Assembly: GCA_963834265.1 (NCBI GenBank)
Contig: CAWIAU010000002.1
Coordinates: 75,929 to 139,928 of the forward strand
Direction of reading: 5' to 3'
DNA length: 64,000 nt
Source of the DNA: an uncultured bacterium
GTDB lineage: Bacteria; Patescibacteriota; Saccharimonadia; Saccharimonadales; 2-12-FULL-41-12
Below the pieces are notes generated by a model. That model saw nothing but the letters and a program-made list of their open reading frames with translations. It did no database searches and had not been told where the DNA came from. The first letter of the stretch is position 1. Each line of letters begins with the position of its first letter. Positions 27,291 through 37,205 of this stretch are shown one piece after another. The translations under genes and the position numbers were made by a program.

Positions 27291-30200
27291 ATGTTACGTA
27301 ATATGGCATTCAATGAAGATACTAGAGTCAAAATACCCGCAATCATCCACTTAACTAGGCTAGGCTACAAGTATTTTTCACTTAAAGACAAGAACTATAT
27401 ATTCGATCCCGATACCAATATCATCAAAAACGAGTTTACAAAAAGTATACTTGCCCTAAACCCCGATGCAGAGCTAGATTCAATTGAACAAGAGCTGCGC
27501 AATATACGCGAAGAGCTTAACTATGAAGACCTTGGTCGTGCATTCTATAATCGTCTTTTGGGTGATGGAGATGGTGAGCTCAAGTTAATAGATTGGAATA
27601 ATTTTTCAAACAACTCATTCCACGTCACTACTGAGCTCACGTGCAAGAACGGAGAGGATGAATTTCGTCCTGATGTCACAGTGTTTGTTAATGGTTTACC
27701 AATATCTTTTATCGAAGTCAAAAAACCGAATAATTACGAAGGAATTAAAGCTTGAGCGCGATCGTATCCAAGTTCGTTTTAAGAATGATAAATTCCGAAG
27801 GTTTATTAACATAACTCAACTTCTCGTGTTTTCAAACAACATGGAATATGACGATACCGACACTAATAAACTGCAGGGTGCGTTCTATGCAACTACTGCA
27901 AAAAACGATGATGCAAAATTCAATAATTTTCGTGAGCAAAAGAAGTCTGAATACATAGACCTTATAAAGAATGTCGATGAAGAGATAGAAGACTTTATTC
28001 TTGCAGATAACAACTGTAAAGTGATAAAGCATTCTCCAGAATTTATATCAAATACAGATATTGACACTCCTACCAATCGGCTTATATCGAGTCTATATGC
28101 GACAAATAGGCTGCATGAAGTACTAAAGTACGCGCTTTGCTATGTCGATGAGGTAGATAAAGAGACGGGCGTTGTTTCAATACAGAAGCACATAATGAGG
28201 TACCCTCAGTTCTTCGCAACCAAAGCAATAAAATCCAAGCTGGCAGAAGGTATTAAAAAAGGCGTCATATGGCATACGCAAGGCTCAGGTAAAACAGCCC
28301 TTTCATTTTACAATGTCAGTTCGTTAAAAGATTACTTTGCAAAAAAAGGTATTGTACCGAAATTTTACTTTGTTGTTGATAGGATAGATCTTGCCAATCA
28401 GGCTAAGGATGAATTTAGTAAGCGTGGATTGAAAGTTCATTCGATTGATAGTAAGGATGCGCTGATCAAGGACTTCAAGAACAATACCTCTAATGAAGGG
28501 ATGACTGTACTCAATATACACAAGTTCCGCGAAGACACTGTTGCATTGAACGATAGCGGTTATGATATAAAAGTCCAACGAATATTCTTTATCGACGAAG
28601 CACATCGTAGCTATGATCCAAGAGGATCTTTTCTTGCAAATCTATATAACTCGGATAAGGACTCCATTAAAATTGCCCTTACTGGGACGCCTTTGATTAT
28701 TTATTCAGACCATGATGACAAGGGTGACATCAAAGATTCAACACAAAAAGAAGACAGCAAGACAACTCGCAACATCTTTGGTGATTATATCCACAAGTAT
28801 TACTACAATGATTCTATACGTGATGGTTACACCCTAAAGCTTTTGAGAGAAGAAATTGAAACAAGCTATAAAGAAAAAGTTAGGGGCATAATCAGCGATA
28901 TTAAGGTGCATGCTGGTGATATCGACAAAAGAGATTTATACGCTCATGAAAAATTTGTTGATCCTATGCTCCACTATATATTGAAAGATTTTACCGAATC
29001 CAGAATACGATTCGGAGATAAGTCTATTGGTGGTATGGTTGTGTGTGACAGCTCATCTCAAGCCCGTGAAATGTTTAAACTTTTCAAAGAATCTAGCGAA
29101 GTGCACGGGCTTACATCTGCGCTGATCCTGCATGACGAAGACGACAAAGATACTCGTAAGAAGAAAACGAAAGACTTCAAAGACGGGAAGATTGATATTA
29201 TGTTTGTCTATTCAATGCTTCTAACTGGTTTTGATGCGCCTAGACTAAAAAAGTTGTATCTTGGTCGAAAGATTAGGGCTCATAATCTGCTACAAACATT
29301 GACACGTGTCAATCGTCCTTACAAAAACTTTAAATTGGGCTATGTTGTAGACTTTGCAGACATATCTGCAGAGTTTGAAATTACTAATCAAGCTTACTTT
29401 AAAGAGCTCAAATCTGAATATAGCGAAAATCTTGAAGACGAAGATCCATCAAATATCTTTGGGTCACTATTTATGAGTAAAGCAGAGATAGATCAGCAGA
29501 TCAGTGAAGTTCAAGTAGCAATATCCGACTATACAACTGAAAATCTTGAAACTTTCAGTCAGCAGATCAGCCAAGTTGATGACCGACAGCATATCTTAGA
29601 ACTTAAAACGAGCGCTAGAATCAGCGCGAGATGTATATAATGTCGCGCGACTCCTAGGCTATACGGAAATACTAGAAAAGTTAGACTTTAAGAAACTTGC
29701 GAAACTACTGACTATGGTGAGTGATCGACTTAAGCTTCTAAATCTTAAAGATGCCATGAATGACATCAACTCAAAAGAGTTACTAAACACTGCAATTGAA
29801 GATGTAATATTTAGTTTTACAAAGACGGGCGAAGAAGAACTCAAGCTACTATCTGAAGATTTGCATAATTCTGCCGGCAAAGTTCGCCATGAGCTCGACA
29901 GGAATTTCAATAAAAAAGATCCAGAATGGCTGTCGCTTTATGAGGCTTTCATTAAACTTCTCGACAAGCATAATATCGATCCAGATTCTGAAAGTATAGA
30001 CTCGATGAAATTCGAATCTGAAGAACTTAAGAGAATCTTTGAACAGATAAAAGAGCTTAATAGAAAAAATTCAATGCTGACTTGCCAAGTTTGATGGTGA
30101 CCGTAAGTTTGCAGTTATCTACAAAAATCATCAACCAACCGGTAAGGTTAGCGACAATATAGCACTATACAACCTTCTAAACGATGCAAAAGCAAAGATT

Positions 30201-30380
30201 GACACACGACTTACAAATAGTCAGGATATTCTTTCAAATCAAGGCTATTTCCGTCAGACAACAGGTGAATACATCCTTGATAGTTTTGACAATGGAAGCT
30301 ACGATCTAAACGCTCGATTAGTCCGCAATCTAATAACAAACACTGCAGATGAATATTTGGCAGAATACCAAGGAGAATAA
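27291..30380 (+). pseudogene. hsdR: Type I restriction enzyme R subunit (HsdR), at least three frameshifts
   Basis: Shows the HSDR_N start (EDTRVKIPAIIHLTRLGY, FIEVKKPN), helicase motifs (HTQGSGKT, FIDEAHRS, TGTP, LLTGFDAPRL, QTLTRVNR), and a C-terminal KFDGDRKFAVIYKN. Frame breaks occur near 27753, ~29600 and ~30085. Confidence 0.85.
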
Positions 30381-31110
30381 ATGGAACACACAGATTTTTC
30401 AAATAAAGCAAAGCAACTTATTGACGAACTTAAGGGTATTTGTGCTAGTGCTGGGCTTGGTGGTGATGCGAACGAATACAAAATAGTTACCCAAAGTTTC
30501 TTGTATAAATTCTTAAACGACAAATTCTTGCACGAAGTTGGTAAGCTTGATCAAAGCCTGAAAACGTATGAAGACCTCAAGGCAATAGACAGCGATAAGT
30601 ATGATTTATTGATGATTAAAATCGGCACAAAGACTGCTCATCTCAAACCTGAGCATTTACTAGATTATTTATTTAAGCATCAGAACGATGGTGATTTTGC
30701 GAAACTATTCGATAATACCCTTAACGACATAGCAGTTGATAACTCCGATGTATTTTCTGTCCATACTGCCGGTAACACTGAGATTCGACTTTTTGAGGAA
30801 GAATTAATTGCTGATGCAGTTAACGACAAATCTCAACATGACATCACGGCACGTAAAATTATTAACAAACTTGCTGACAGTAAGTTTGAACTAGATGAAA
30901 TTTTATCGGCAGGCTTCGACTTTTTCTCAACAATGTTTGAGTATATGATCAAAGACTACAACAAGGATGGAGGTGGCAAATATGCCGAATACTACACGCC
31001 TCATTCAATAGCGAAAATTATGGCAGAAATTCTAGTCGGTGATGATACGCCAACTAACGTTACGGCATATGACCCAGCCGCAGGTTCAGGTACTTTGCTT
31101 ATGAACATCG
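30381..31110 (+). pseudogene. hsdM: Type I R-M methyltransferase subunit (HsdM), 3'-truncated
   Basis: Has the HsdM N-domain plus AdoMet motif I (YYTPHSIAKIMAEIL...YDPAAGSGTLLMN). Homology stops before the NPPF catalytic motif. No hsdS follows. Confidence 0.8.
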
Positions 31111-31112
31111 CA

Positions 31113-31326
31113 CAAGGCTGGCCAGAAGGTTGTTGCGCTTGTTGGTGATAATGCGACTATCAAGAGACTTAATAAAGAATCCGGATACTGGGTATTGGAG
31201 CCAGTTTCAAAAAACCCAATACATAAAAAATTAATTATGGTTGAGGACTTCGCGATACAGGGTGTGGCTGTGGATGTTGTTGAAACTAGAGGGACGGTAA
31301 GTGATGGCACTAGAGGATACGCTTAG
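31113..31326 (+). pseudogene. C-terminal fragment of an S24/LexA-type peptidase (phage-repressor-like)
   Basis: The third-frame translation VVALVGDNATIKRLNKESGYWVLEPVSKNPIHKKLIMVEDFAIQGVAVDVVETR has the typical S24 C-terminal beta-strand pattern. No N-terminal HTH or catalytic Ser region is present upstream. Confidence 0.45.
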
Positions 31327-32210
31327 AACTTGGGCGCAAAGGCCAAGTAGCTCGGAACAAGACAGAATAGACAGAACAGAGCGCATGATACGAGAGGCCA
31401 TTAGTAAATCCGGCGACCCCCGCGTGAGTGGTGCTAAAGTATTTGCTAAGGGTAGCGTAGAAAATGAACACTAAATATTCGCGCTACAAGCGATATAGAT
31501 ATATGTGTCCAGAGCTAATAATGTATTTTTCACCAACTACCCCGAAGGCACAGACAATTCAACCTTTGGCAATCATCGCGTCGACTACAGCTTCAAAGAA
31601 TTTCGTCGCAACGTAGAACTTGCGCTAACAAGTCACTTTGGTATACCTGATGTTGATGTCACTGGAAATAAAGCAATCCGCATCCGAAATACAGTCTCTA
31701 GCTCACGCGTTGATGCTGATGTTATCCCTGCTTTTGAGCATCGACGGTATAGCCTTGATGGCAACCACTTCCCGGCATTGAGATAATGCCGAAAAACGGC
31801 AGCAAGGTTATCAATTGGCCGCATCATAACTACAACAACAGTCTTACTAAACGACGAGGATCTGCTCGTAGGTACCGAAAAATGGTGCGAATTCTAAAGC
31901 GCACTCGCGAAGCCATGAAAGATTCTGGTACGCAGTATGCCCACGATGCTCGTCTTTTTTGATCGAATCACTACTGTGGAACGTGCCAGATGATCATTTC
32001 GGTTTTGATAATTATTTAGATGACATTGTTAATGTGTTGACATTTCTGAAAGCGCACCTAGCTTCGGCTGACTTAGTTAGCGAATGGGGCGAGGTAAATG
32101 AACTAAAATACCTATTCCATGGACCACAGAAATGGACACGAGAAGGTGCACTCGCCTTTGTTAACGATACCGACCAGTACCTTGGAGCATCCGGTAATGA
32201 ACAGAGTTGA
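31306..32210 (+). pseudogene. CBASS-type cGAS/DncV-like nucleotidyltransferase (CD-NTase/SMODS), multiply frameshifted
   Basis: Pieces lie in different frames: MALEDTLRTWAQRPSSSEQDRIDRTERMIREAI...VFAKGS, NIRATSDIDICV (GS...DxD active-site region), VDYSFKEFRRNVELALTSHFG...RVDADVIPAFEHRRY, INWPHHNYNN..., and LIESLLWNVPDDHF... Confidence 0.7.
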
Positions 32211-32811
32211 TTACAAAAAACTGGTTTGGCTATCCGCGTTGGTGGCTATAGCTACGGTTTTGGTGTTCGTCAAAGTACAAAATCTTGTGATTGGACTTAA
32301 TATCAATACCTTTGGCATGGTTGGCACGATAGCTGGTGTTAACTGGTTGCTGTGGGAGTTGTTTAAAAAATGGCTGTGGAAGTTACCACTTTTTAGACGC
32401 TGGCTAGTGATGATTCCGAATCTAGATGGTCACTGGGAAGGTACCCTGCGAATTACTTTGGGTTGATGAGAAGAACAGGTAAGATTATTGCTCCTATAGA
32501 TACAGAAGCTGTAATCAAACAAGACCTTCTCTACTACAATCGAGCTTTACGACTAAGCGAGATGGAGAGCCGTAGTATGCATAGCCGAAGATCAGCTGCG
32601 ACCCGCACCGACGTGTTGCTGAAATTAACTACACCTACCAGTCAAGACCCAGATGCAACGGTCAACAGCGCGCAGCGCTATTCACTACAGGCTCAGGCAA
32701 AGCTGCGTCTTACGGAAAGACCGCGAAGTACGAAACGCTAAAGGGTGACTACTGGACTGACAGAAAAACAACCGGAACTATGGAGTTCTTCTCAGAACGT
32801 AGCAAGAAATA
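32197..32811 (+). pseudogene. Cap15-like two-TM beta-rich CBASS effector (S-2TMbeta), frameshifted
   Basis: The start overlaps the CD-NTase stop. It has two TM helices (LVWLSALVAIATVLVFV, FGMVGTIAGVNWLLW), then PNLDGHWEGTL. After frame breaks the C-terminal end reads INYTYQS...LKGDYWTDRKTTGTMEFF. The total length is ~205 codons. Confidence 0.55.
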
Positions 32812-32835
32812 GTTGTCTGTTGGGGGTGAAAATAT

Positions 32836-32853
32836 AGGTGTGTATACACACCT
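32836..32853. repeat. Perfect 18-bp palindrome AGGTGTGTATACACACCT
   Basis: The sequence equals its own reverse complement. It lies 25 nt after the effector stop and upstream of the next (degraded) gene. Confidence 0.9.
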
Positions 32854-32859
32854 TGAAGG

Positions 32860-34036
32860 CGCAAATACTACGAAGACCTCTATGATAAATTAACCGTAGA
32901 GTTCTGCTCGCCGTGGCATCGGTTATTATTACGATTTTTACAAAGAAGATTTTGAAAAGAAGCTCCCCAAAGACGAAAAGATCGACAGACCTGGCAACGT
33001 TTTTGTACTAAACGTCTTCTATATCAGCAGCTGTTGGCAATGAACTGCTTGAACGTTACGAGAGACGCGATCAGCACATACGTGAATGGATGGAGCGAGA
33101 CGAGGCTAAAGACGAGCAAATAGCCACGGCTAGCGCCTGACAGAAGAGCCCCATTGCTATCACTGTGGCAAACACGGGCTACGCATTACCGATAAATCCC
33201 TGATGCACAGGAGCGAAGATTACAAATAGAAGACCCTGAAGAAGTGCTTTTTATGCTGCACTGCTCACATTGCGATAAAAATAGCGCTTTCTGGGAAGAC
33301 GGCACTGCTTGGAAAGTAAAACCTAGCCTATGCCCTAAATGTAAATCAGAAGTGACGCATAAAACCACTAAAACTAAGAACGCTATCATTATTACCTATA
33401 CTTGCACATCATGTAAGCATAGCTTCAAAGACAAAATGGACTTATCGACTAAAAAAGAAAAGCCCGACCCTGAATTTGCTACCGACCGTATACACTTCTG
33501 CCTAGAAGACGAAGAATTCCGTGATCGGCTCTTTAATATGCGCCATGATTTTATGGAAATGGCTAAGCTCGGCAAAGAATTTAAGGAACGTGAAGACAAC
33601 AGGCATGTTTACGATGCTGTAAAGGAAATGAAGAAGCCTAAGATTGCCGAGCTAGTACCAATGCTTGCACCCGTACTAGAAAAGGCTGGGTATATTGAAT
33701 TTCACCTAGATAAACCTGAAATGGGTCGTGATGTGTATGCGGCTCAGCTGTTTAGACAGTAAGCCCGATCGAAACGATAACGACAGCAGAAAGACATTGA
33801 AGAAGCTAGTTGATAGCGCACTTAGCGATGCAAACTGGCGATTAATGAGCGATGGCATATCTTATCGACTTGGGTACCTAAACGGCCGTGTTAAAGCCTA
33901 TGAAGGCGAAGATGCCATGAAAGAGTTAGTTATCAAGAGCGGAAAGTTGAAGAAGAAGGCAGTAAGTAGCGATGTTAGCTCAGAAGGCTTCAATAAAACC
34001 TATAAAGCGCCGGACGGCACTGAAATAATCCTTTAA
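32860..34036 (+). pseudogene. Multi-zinc-ribbon protein of unknown function, frameshifted
   Basis: Coding-like pieces lie in three frames: ...NELLERYERRDQHIREWMERDEAKDEQ, HCYHCGK, then 33244-33762 with CSHCDK...CPKCKS...CTSCKH, then 33728-34036. I recognise no family. Confidence 0.45.
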
Positions 34037-34038
34037 AA

Positions 34039-34085
34039 ATGAGACACTCAGGATATATGTGTTCGTGTCTCATTTGTCTCATTTT
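34039..34085 (+). terminator. Rho-independent terminator (ATGAGACAC ... GTGTCTCAT + T-rich)
   Basis: A 9-bp stem at 34039-34047 / 34065-34073 is followed by ttgtctcatttt. Confidence 0.55.
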
Positions 34086-34182
34086 GACCTGTAAACTGTA
34101 CTAGACCTGTTGTAGCCAAATATTTGATCGTGAGCATTATGCGCATGAACAAATCTGGTTTAATTCTACGCATTTTGCTTTT

Positions 34183-34602
34183 CTAGGTAATGCTTTCGGT
34201 AATATTCCCCTGAGAATCCGGCTGTAATATCTTATTTACAAGACCGTCGATCTGGTCATTCGATAGATTTACTTTTACTATATAACCCTCAATTCCCAGA
34301 TCCCGTAATCCGGTAGGGGCTTCAGATTCATTAAGATTTGAAATAATGAGAACGGGAATATTTTTGCCCCAATCGCTTTTACGTATAGTTGCCAGGATCT
34401 GATCTCCGGAAATATCGGGTACCATAAGGTCAAGCAGGACCAGATCAGGCATTTCTTTTTGTATAAAATAAAGCGCGGTAATGCCATTGTAAGCTAAGAA
34501 ACAGGTGTAACCAATCAATTCAAGTCTGGTTTTATAAATTTCTGCCAGGCTAAGATCGTCTTCGACTATTACTATTTTTTTCGACATTGCAACTTGTTCC
34601 AT
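34183..34602 (-). CDS. Single-domain response regulator (CheY-like receiver only)
   Basis: Shows IVIVEDD, the phospho-acceptor context DLVLLDLMVP, ISNL and a conserved K (GYIVK). No output domain is present. Confidence 0.85.
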   Translation of the reverse strand: MEQVAMSKKIVIVEDDLSLAEIYKTRLELIGYTCFLAYNGITALYFIQKEMPDLVLLDLMVPDISGDQILATIRKSDWGKNIPVLIISNLNESEAPTGLRDLGIEGYIVKVNLSNDQIDGLVNKILQPDSQGNITESIT

Positions 34603-34778
34603 AGGTTTGATTCTAGTGCATACAGTGAATTTTGACTATTTATTTGCGTTTTAAAACAATAGACCTCTCCTAAAATTTAAACCGGTTATGGTTTTGTGAT
34701 TAAATCGTTATGAGCAGATTGTAATAGAGTGCTATACTGCAGGTCGTTCTAAAATACAATTAATGAAAGGACAGATAT

Positions 34779-34952
34779 ATGGATCGCCCGTCAGCTTTTG
34801 GTACTATTTATTTTATACTGGGTTTAATTATTGCTTATAACCGCGGTTACCTGACATCAATTGTCGATATTGGCACACTCCTTTCAGCTATACTGGCGGT
34901 TGCAGCGTGGCCGTTACTGCTCTTCGGGATTGACCTGCATATAACTGCTTAA
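34779..34952 (+). CDS. Possible 57-aa two-TM membrane peptide between the two receiver genes
   Basis: The ATG at 34779 has a weak AAAGGA upstream. The translation is MDRPSAFGTIYFILGLIIAYNRGYLTSIVDIGTLLSAILAVAAWPLLLFGIDLHITA. It falls below the ORF-track length cut-off. Confidence 0.35.
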   Translation: MDRPSAFGTIYFILGLIIAYNRGYLTSIVDIGTLLSAILAVAAWPLLLFGIDLHITA

Positions 34953-34973
34953 CTAAGCTTCCTGAAGTGAAGT

Positions 34974-35414
34974 TTAGTTAAGATTTTCGGGTTCTTTTGC
35001 TTCCAATACTACATCTTCTTCCTGGTCGGCAGGTTTCAGAATATTATCGACGAGCTGATCAAGCTGATCATTCGATAAATTCATTTTGACGGCATAGCCT
35101 TCTATACCCTGTTCCCGCAAACCTGCAGGTGCATCCGCTTCATTAAGGTTCGATATAATCAGCACTTTTATACTTTTGCCCCACTCACTGGATCGCATGG
35201 TAGCCAAAATCTGATCACCGGCAATCTTTGGAACCATCAGGTCCAGCAGAACAAGATCCGGAAGTTCTTTCTCTATAAGAGCAAGCGCCGTTACGCCATC
35301 ATATGCAGCGAAACACTGATAACCAAGCATCTCCATCCTGATCTTATAAATATCAGCAAGGGCGACATTGTCTTCGACAATTACTACTTTCTGCGAAGTT
35401 CCGAATTGATCCAT
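34974..35414 (-). CDS. Single-domain response regulator (paralog of 34183-34602)
   Basis: Collinear with the neighbouring receiver, with roughly two-thirds identical residues by eye. It has the same DLVLLDLMVP acceptor context. Confidence 0.85.
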   Translation of the reverse strand: MDQFGTSQKVVIVEDNVALADIYKIRMEMLGYQCFAAYDGVTALALIEKELPDLVLLDLMVPKIAGDQILATMRSSEWGKSIKVLIISNLNEADAPAGLREQGIEGYAVKMNLSNDQLDQLVDNILKPADQEEDVVLEAKEPENLN

Positions 35415-35536
35415 ATACTACTGATTCTAACCCATAGATCAGACTTGCGCCAGATAGCTCTCTTAGGTGTTAATAAAAAATCGTTTATACTGATGGGTAA
35501 CGGTTGGTGCAAAACAAACTTACTCAGAAAGTTACT

Positions 35537-37204
35537 ATGATATTGTCCGCGGAAATTAAAGAAAAATCATTTGGCAGTAATCTGCTATATAGCGGGGTTG
35601 AGCTGGAGATTCAGGAAAATGAGAAAATCGGACTTATCGGACGAAATGGTACCGGCAAGTCAACATTGTTCAATATAATCAGCGGCGAAGATAGTGACTA
35701 TCAGGGCGAAGTACGCATAAAGCGCGGGGCAATTGTGATCAGCAGCCGGCAGGAACATCATGGCCACGAGGACAAAACTGTTCTGGAATATATTCAGGGC
35801 GATTTACCGGAATATAAAAAATTAACTCATATCATTGACACGTATCCGGACACAATGGGAAGCAATACGAAAAAAATGCAGGAATTCAGCGATGCACTGG
35901 AGCGATTTGGTCAGCTGGGATACTATCAGATCGAAGACGAAATCAAGCAGGCTTTTGAAATCTATCAACTCGACCCTGCTCACTTGCACAGGACACTCGG
36001 CTCGTTAAGCGGGGGCCAGAAGCGCATGGCCGAGCTTGTCAAAGTACAGCGAAGCCGTGGACATATAGCTCTTATTGACGAGCCGACAAACCACATGGAC
36101 TATATTGCCAAAACAGCATTTATTAAATGGTTCAGGGCGGCCGAAGAAGCAGTACTGGTCATTACTCACGACCGGGATGTACTGGATAATGTCGACCGCA
36201 TTATTGAAATCCGGGATGGCAAAAGCTATGTATTCAAGGGCAACTATAATGCGTACCTGCGAACTAACAAGGGTCAAATAACGTCAGAGGTCAGTACCTA
36301 CGATCTGACTCAGAAACGACTAATAACTCTGAAAGATGACATCGTACGTTTCCGGCGAATGAAAGAAAAGGCCCGTAACCCCGGCACTATCAGGCGCTTT
36401 AAAGCTCAGGAACAAAAAGCCCGTGAAGAATTACAAAAACTTAGTACGCTCGACAAGCCTTCTTTCTGGATTGACCAGGAGTCAGCCAGTGATATGAAAG
36501 ATAAATTAGCCAGTACCTACGACAAGTATAAAGCAACAAATATCAAGGTGCGTACGCGCGCCAAAAATACAAGTGATAGTGAACAAGCACTTATAAAGGT
36601 TGAGAAATTGTCACTTGGCTACGATAATACACCACTCTTCAGCAATATGAACTTCGCACTCCGGGCCGGGGAACGATTACGGCTGCACGGGCGTAATGGT
36701 ACCGGCAAAACCACACTTGTATCTGCGATTATGTCTCAGGCACTGGAAATTCCACTATTATCAGAGTGCAGTGCAGGTACTATACATATAGAGAATGGTG
36801 TTCGGATTGGTTTATACGAACAGGAAATTAATTATAAATATCTGTCTATGAGTCTGAATGATGCCCTCGAACAGGTACTACGGGAGAAGAATTTACCTAT
36901 AAATTCTCAGCATATTAAGCAACTACTCAGTGACTATTTATTTAATCCGGCTACGGATGGCGAAATGCCTGTACAAAAATTAAGCGGGGGACAGAAAGCC
37001 CGGCTTCAACTCATCGCAATGCTTGTCCACGATCCACAAATACTTATTCTTGATGAACCAACAAATCATCTGGATCTTCCCAGTATCGAAGAGCTGGAAA
37101 ATGCTTTGATTAAATATCATGGAGCAGTTATCTATATATCCCATGACAGCTTCCTTGCTTCAAAACTTGGTGGCAGTACCATCACAATTGATCAAAGTAA
37201 TTGA
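35537..37204 (+). CDS. ABC-F family ATPase (two ABC domains, no TM domain)
   Basis: Has two Walker A sites (GRNGTGKST, GRNGTGKTT) and two signatures (LSGGQKRM, LSGGQKAR), separated by a charged linker. The ATG at 35537 is preferred over the TTG at 35504. Confidence 0.85.
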   Translation: MILSAEIKEKSFGSNLLYSGVELEIQENEKIGLIGRNGTGKSTLFNIISGEDSDYQGEVRIKRGAIVISSRQEHHGHEDKTVLEYIQGDLPEYKKLTHIIDTYPDTMGSNTKKMQEFSDALERFGQLGYYQIEDEIKQAFEIYQLDPAHLHRTLGSLSGGQKRMAELVKVQRSRGHIALIDEPTNHMDYIAKTAFIKWFRAAEEAVLVITHDRDVLDNVDRIIEIRDGKSYVFKGNYNAYLRTNKGQITSEVSTYDLTQKRLITLKDDIVRFRRMKEKARNPGTIRRFKAQEQKAREELQKLSTLDKPSFWIDQESASDMKDKLASTYDKYKATNIKVRTRAKNTSDSEQALIKVEKLSLGYDNTPLFSNMNFALRAGERLRLHGRNGTGKTTLVSAIMSQALEIPLLSECSAGTIHIENGVRIGLYEQEINYKYLSMSLNDALEQVLREKNLPINSQHIKQLLSDYLFNPATDGEMPVQKLSGGQKARLQLIAMLVHDPQILILDEPTNHLDLPSIEELENALIKYHGAVIYISHDSFLASKLGGSTITIDQSN

Positions 37205-37205
37205 T

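Larger units (their letters stand above)
25830..34085. mobile_element. Degraded integrative (defence) island flanking tRNA-Gln
   Basis: It starts right after the tRNA. It contains a serine-recombinase remnant, type I R-M, CBASS-like genes and a repressor fragment, all disrupted. It is visibly more AT-rich than the flanks and ends at a terminator before the response-regulator genes. Confidence 0.6.

Noticed and set aside
25756-34200. Search for a direct repeat of the tRNA-Gln 3' end (att site) at the far end of the island
   Set aside because: No copy of gttcgagtccctcctccccagcca or a sizeable part of it was seen by eye near 34.0-34.2 kb. The distal boundary is therefore placed only approximately, at the 34039-34085 terminator, and tRNA-targeted integration is not claimed.
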